Assembly: GCA_963737655.1 (NCBI GenBank)
Contig: CAVTTN010000002.1
Span: 640,001-704,000, forward strand
Direction: 5' to 3'
From: an uncultured Planctomycetota bacterium
GTDB taxonomy: Bacteria; Planctomycetota; Planctomycetia; Isosphaerales; Isosphaeraceae
Length of the DNA: 64,000 bases
The notes under the pieces are model-generated. The model searched no databases, had not been told where the DNA came from, and worked only from the letters and a program-made list of their open reading frames with translations. Positions 60,182 through 64,000 of the stretch are shown one piece after another. The translations under genes and the position numbers were made by a program. Position 1 is the stretch's first letter; the number at the start of each line of letters is the position of its first letter.

Positions 60182-62248
60182 TCAAAGCTTGTCGGAGAAG
60201 TCCTGGGAGATGGTCAACGTCTTCACGTACTTGCTCTTCGGGTCCGTCAGGCGGATCTGGATGCGAAGGCCTCGCAGGGGGACCGGGTACGGCGCCGGGT
60301 ACGACGGCACCACCGGCCTCTGCGGGTTGCCGTTGGCGTCCAGCGCGAGCGGCCCGCGGGACGTCGGGTTGATGGGGATCGCCGGGGCGTTGGTGTAGCT
60401 GGTGGACCAGGTGTCCCAGGTCCGCCTCATCCGGATCACGCCGGCGGTGTTATCGCCCAGGCTCCAGAGCGGGTACTGCGGGTCATAGCGATAATCGTTC
60501 GGAAGGGGCGGGATGCGCCCCTCGTGGCCCATCGAGTAGAGCTGCTCCGAGTTCGTGCTGGTGAGCGAGAGGGACGCGCCCCCGGTGCCGAAGTCCACCG
60601 CCGCGTAGCCGAGGTCGTAGTACCCCGGCACCAGGGCGGAGAGGTTGCCGTTGATGTAGCCCACGGGGCTCGGGTCATAGGCCTTGATGTTGAAGCTGCG
60701 GACGTCCGAGGCGATCAGGTCATCCTCGTAGACCGTGGCCCCGCCGAGGTCGAACCACGAGCCGGCGGCCGGGGTGCCGTCGGTGAAGGGCTGGTCGTCG
60801 GGGAACTGGGTCGGCAGCCAGAACGGCCCGCCGGAGCGGTAGGAAAGGCCGATGAACTGGGTCCCGGCCGTGTCGCTGGAGCTGAAGATGTCCCCCGCCG
60901 AGTTGCCCGAGCTGCTCACCGCCTGGTCGTACAGGGAGCCCGACGGGTCATTCAGCCTCTTGATCGGGTCCATCCAGCGGGGGTTCATCGTCTCCCGCCA
61001 GGTGGGGAAGCCCCACCAGGTGCTCGGGGCGGAGGGGGCCGGCAGGCTGTCGCCGGTCCCGGCCGGCAGGGGGTTGTGGTTCGGCGGATTGGGGTTCGCG
61101 CCGGGGTCCAGCGTGTGGACCGAGCCGATCGTGCTCGTCGCCCAGTCCGTGGGCGAGTACGGGTTGGGGAACAGGAACGGGAAGGCGGTCCGGTCGTAGG
61201 ACAGGGGCCGGAGGTTGGTCGCTCCGGCGTTGACGAAGTCGTCGTTGAGCAGCCCCGCGTTGGCCGAGTTCGCGTACATCGTCGGCCAGTAGTCGGGCAC
61301 GCCGTCCGGGGGATAGCTGGCGCTGACGGTCAGGTCGTCGGAGAGGCCGTCGGGGACGTAGACCGTGTTGCCCGGCGCGGAGGCGTTGCTCACGAAGTCG
61401 TCGGCGAACCGGGGGCTGGCATAGCGGTTCTGGCGGTCGGTGAGGTCGCCCATGCCGTTGGGGACCGGCATGTAGGAGAAGAACGAGACGTTCGCCGGCA
61501 AGGTATTGGCGGGGTATTCGCTCGGGCGGGCCGAGATGTCGTTGATCCCCTGCCAGCTGACGAACGGGGTCAGCACCCCGCCGACGGTCACCTGGGCATA
61601 CGCGGGGAACAGGGCGGCCGGCGTGAACAGGTCCACGGCGAACCCGAACCGGCTCGGGCCGTTCCGCGAGGTGGCCCCGGCGATGTTCGGGTCGCTCGGG
61701 AAGTTCCCGAGGCCGAGCTTGCCGGCCAGGTCGGGCCGGATCAGCCGGACCCTCCGATAGAGCTTCGTCCCCCGGAGGAAATAGATGATCTCCGCGTACT
61801 GGCTGGTGATCGTGATCGGCTCGATCGTGGCCGAGCGCAGCCCGGCGTAGCCCGGATCGACCGGCGGGACGAGCTTCTGGACCCACAACCGGCCGGTGAA
61901 CGGCTGGCCGTCGGGCGCCTTGGCGGTGAACCGGAGGGTGTCGTCGGAGTCCTCGTCCTGGGCGTCGGGCAGGGCGTTCTCGGCGTATTCGAAGTAGCCG
62001 CGGCCCTCGATCGGGTCCATCGGCGGGGTCATCCGGCAGGTGATCCCGTTGAGGTCCTGGCGGATCATCTGGTCGAGGCGGCGGAGGTCCTGATCGAGGG
62101 CCGCGTACGCCTTCTGAGTGATCACCGCGCCGGTCGCGTTGCGGAACACGGCCACGATGATCAGCATCATGATCAGCAGGAGCGCCACGGTGACGAGCAT
62201 CTCCAAAAGCGTCACGCCGCGTCGTCTGGCTCGCAAGGTCGGATGCAT
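60182..62248 (-). CDS. Large GspJ/PilW-like prepilin protein
   Basis: RRG|VTLLEML..; C-terminal LRGLRIQIRL.DP. Confidence 0.8.
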   Translation of the reverse strand: MHPTLRARRRGVTLLEMLVTVALLLIMMLIIVAVFRNATGAVITQKAYAALDQDLRRLDQMIRQDLNGITCRMTPPMDPIEGRGYFEYAENALPDAQDEDSDDTLRFTAKAPDGQPFTGRLWVQKLVPPVDPGYAGLRSATIEPITITSQYAEIIYFLRGTKLYRRVRLIRPDLAGKLGLGNFPSDPNIAGATSRNGPSRFGFAVDLFTPAALFPAYAQVTVGGVLTPFVSWQGINDISARPSEYPANTLPANVSFFSYMPVPNGMGDLTDRQNRYASPRFADDFVSNASAPGNTVYVPDGLSDDLTVSASYPPDGVPDYWPTMYANSANAGLLNDDFVNAGATNLRPLSYDRTAFPFLFPNPYSPTDWATSTIGSVHTLDPGANPNPPNHNPLPAGTGDSLPAPSAPSTWWGFPTWRETMNPRWMDPIKRLNDPSGSLYDQAVSSSGNSAGDIFSSSDTAGTQFIGLSYRSGGPFWLPTQFPDDQPFTDGTPAAGSWFDLGGATVYEDDLIASDVRSFNIKAYDPSPVGYINGNLSALVPGYYDLGYAAVDFGTGGASLSLTSTNSEQLYSMGHEGRIPPLPNDYRYDPQYPLWSLGDNTAGVIRMRRTWDTWSTSYTNAPAIPINPTSRGPLALDANGNPQRPVVPSYPAPYPVPLRGLRIQIRLTDPKSKYVKTLTISQDFSDKL

Positions 62249-62259
62249 CGGGCGTCCCC

Positions 62260-62409
62260 GTAGGGTGCAGGAACTGCACCGTCGTGTAGGGTGCATGAAA
62301 TGCACCGGTCCTTCCTCGAACTCGAACCGCCCATTCCATGCCACTCGACCGAACCCGGAAGGACGGCGGGCTTCGCCCGCGCCTTGTCGGTGCACTTCCT
62401 GCACCCTAC
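62260..62409. repeat. Cluster of three GTAG REP copies
   Basis: Direct copies at 62260-62280 and 62286-62306; inverted copy at 62389-62409. Confidence 0.8.
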
Positions 62410-63761
62410 CGGGTGAAGAACACCTTCGGCACGACGTTCACGACATACGGCGAGATCAGCGCCGCGTTGACCTGGAGCGACGAGCCGCCCCCGGCCGCGT
62501 TGTTCAGCGACTGGATGGGCGTCTTGGCGCGGACCGGCGTGGCGATCTGCACGACCAGCTCGCGATAGTTCGCCAGCTCGTGATCGCTGGTCGGCTGGCC
62601 CTTCTTCACGACCCGATACCAGTAGCACCTCTGCGCCGGGTAGTACTTCGCCTGCTGGCTGGCCGTGCCCACCCCCGGGTAGAACCTCGAGAACTCGGTG
62701 CCGTTGAACCGCTCGTAGGTGACGTCGGCGATCCAGCCGCCCACGCGGACGACCGGGTCCGGCTGGCTCTTGTGCCAGCGGAGGAGCACCGTGGTCTCGT
62801 TCGTGCTGTAGAAGCCCGAGTCGTTCGGGATCGAGCCGTAGGCGAAGATCGCCTCGACCACCGTCTCCCCGGCGGCCAGGGTGACCGAGCCTCCCTGGCC
62901 CGAGAGCGGATTGGCCGGATACGTGTCGAAGGCGAACGGGCGGTTGTGGAAGATCACCATGTCGCCGTCGAAGACCGTGCCGTTGAGGACGTCGGTCTGC
63001 CTCCCCGTCCACATCCAGGTGTAGGCATAATCGAAGAGGGTGGAGCCGGTGCTCAGGTCGTTGACGACCGGGCTGCCCCGGCCCTGGAGGACGCTCGGCG
63101 TGCCGTCGGTCTGCATCACGGCGTCGTCGTTCGAGGCGAAGACCACGGCGGGATCGACCGAGATCAGGCCGGTGGCGATCTGGTCCTGCAACGGGAAGTT
63201 CGTCAGGCGGCGGAGGCCGTGGCCGCTGGGCGTCCCGCCGTCGGGGTCCGACCTCAAGAGGCCGATCCCCGAGGCGAACCGGACGTCGCCGAAGTTCCTC
63301 GGCGTGAACGGGGTCGAGGCGCCGGAGCCCCCGGTGGCCAGGTAGTTCTGATACCACCACATCGGGTCGTAGCAGACCGGGACGCCGGCCCCGCCGGTCA
63401 GCCCGGTGTAGTTCGAGTTCCGGCCGAGCCGGTCGATTCCCGAGCTGATAATCGTGGACGGCGACCCGGTGTCATATTCGCCCGAGGCCGGGTCCTGGGT
63501 GAACGGGTCGTAGCCGAAGTAACCGTTGGCCGTGAAGCTCGGCTTGAACAGGAGGTTGCGCGACGCCATCTCGTCGGCGGCGCTCTCGAACAAAAGGCTC
63601 GACCGCGAGGACCGATTGGCCTGGCGGAGCCTCTCCAGCCCGAGAGGGAACAGGGTGGCCAGCGAGAGCATGCCGACCCCCATGATCAGGATCGAGATCA
63701 GGATCTCGGTCAGGGTGATCCCCCGGCGGCCGGGGCCGAGTTGGACCGGTCGCGTGGTCAT
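62406..63761 (-). CDS. PilV/GspI-like prepilin protein
   Basis: RRG|ITLTEILISI..LATLFPLG. Confidence 0.82.
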   Translation of the reverse strand: MTTRPVQLGPGRRGITLTEILISILIMGVGMLSLATLFPLGLERLRQANRSSRSSLLFESAADEMASRNLLFKPSFTANGYFGYDPFTQDPASGEYDTGSPSTIISSGIDRLGRNSNYTGLTGGAGVPVCYDPMWWYQNYLATGGSGASTPFTPRNFGDVRFASGIGLLRSDPDGGTPSGHGLRRLTNFPLQDQIATGLISVDPAVVFASNDDAVMQTDGTPSVLQGRGSPVVNDLSTGSTLFDYAYTWMWTGRQTDVLNGTVFDGDMVIFHNRPFAFDTYPANPLSGQGGSVTLAAGETVVEAIFAYGSIPNDSGFYSTNETTVLLRWHKSQPDPVVRVGGWIADVTYERFNGTEFSRFYPGVGTASQQAKYYPAQRCYWYRVVKKGQPTSDHELANYRELVVQIATPVRAKTPIQSLNNAAGGGSSLQVNAALISPYVVNVVPKVFFTR

Positions 63762-64000
63762 GGCAGGTCGTCCCTCTTGCCGCGCTCGGCGGCCTCGTAG
63801 GGGTATTCGATGTTATCGACGTACATCGTCTCGACCAGGGTGCTGGTGATCGCCCCGGTCCGGGTGTTCAACGACAGCAGGCGCCGCTCGCCCCTCAGGA
63901 CCGGATAGCTCGCCGGGTACGTCAGCGAGCCGCCCCCGGCCGGGTCCGAACCCGACCCCTTGAGCATCGGCAGCTGGAACGCGTAGCCCTGGGGGACGCT
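63758..64000 (-). CDS. C-terminal part of the upstream gene of the pilin operon (truncated by window)
   Basis: Frame open to the window end; ATGA overlap with the next gene. Confidence 0.6.
   Translation of the reverse strand, partial: SVPQGYAFQLPMLKGSGSDPAGGGSLTYPASYPVLRGERRLLSLNTRTGAITSTLVETMYVDNIEYPYEAAERGKRDDLP

Overview
GC-rich bacterial chromosomal segment, almost certainly from a planctomycete (Isosphaeraceae-like). The evidence is LExRxLL-type extracellular leaders, a DUF1559/H-X9-DG prepilin, a PEP-CTERM protein and a planctomycete-type BamA. Most of the window is housekeeping: apt, bamA, tRNA-Phe, M16 protease, PP2C, cyclophilin, UvrD/PcrA, thyX, alkA, mrp, cbpA/cbpM, rnpA, yidD, msrB, fur. 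It also holds a three-gene surface-protein islet (29.5-35.4 kb), a small toxin-antitoxin/immunity islet (49-50 kb) and the end of a very large pilin/pseudopilin operon (53-64 kb). About ten genes carry single-base frameshifts, many in G/C runs, which points to long-read assembly error rather than real pseudogenes. I found no CRISPR array, integrase, transposase or reverse transcriptase. The best unexplained signals are: a tandem structured non-coding element between two terminators (33.6-33.9 kb); a phased A-tract/AT-rich island (35.64-35.98 kb); GTAG-type REP elements that supply gene stop codons; an orphan GH24-like lysozyme; a 33-aa Lys-rich microprotein with its own promoter; an orphan nitrilase-fold protein; and an uncharacterised ferritin-like protein coupled to msrB. 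All assignments come from motif recognition by eye; no searches were run.
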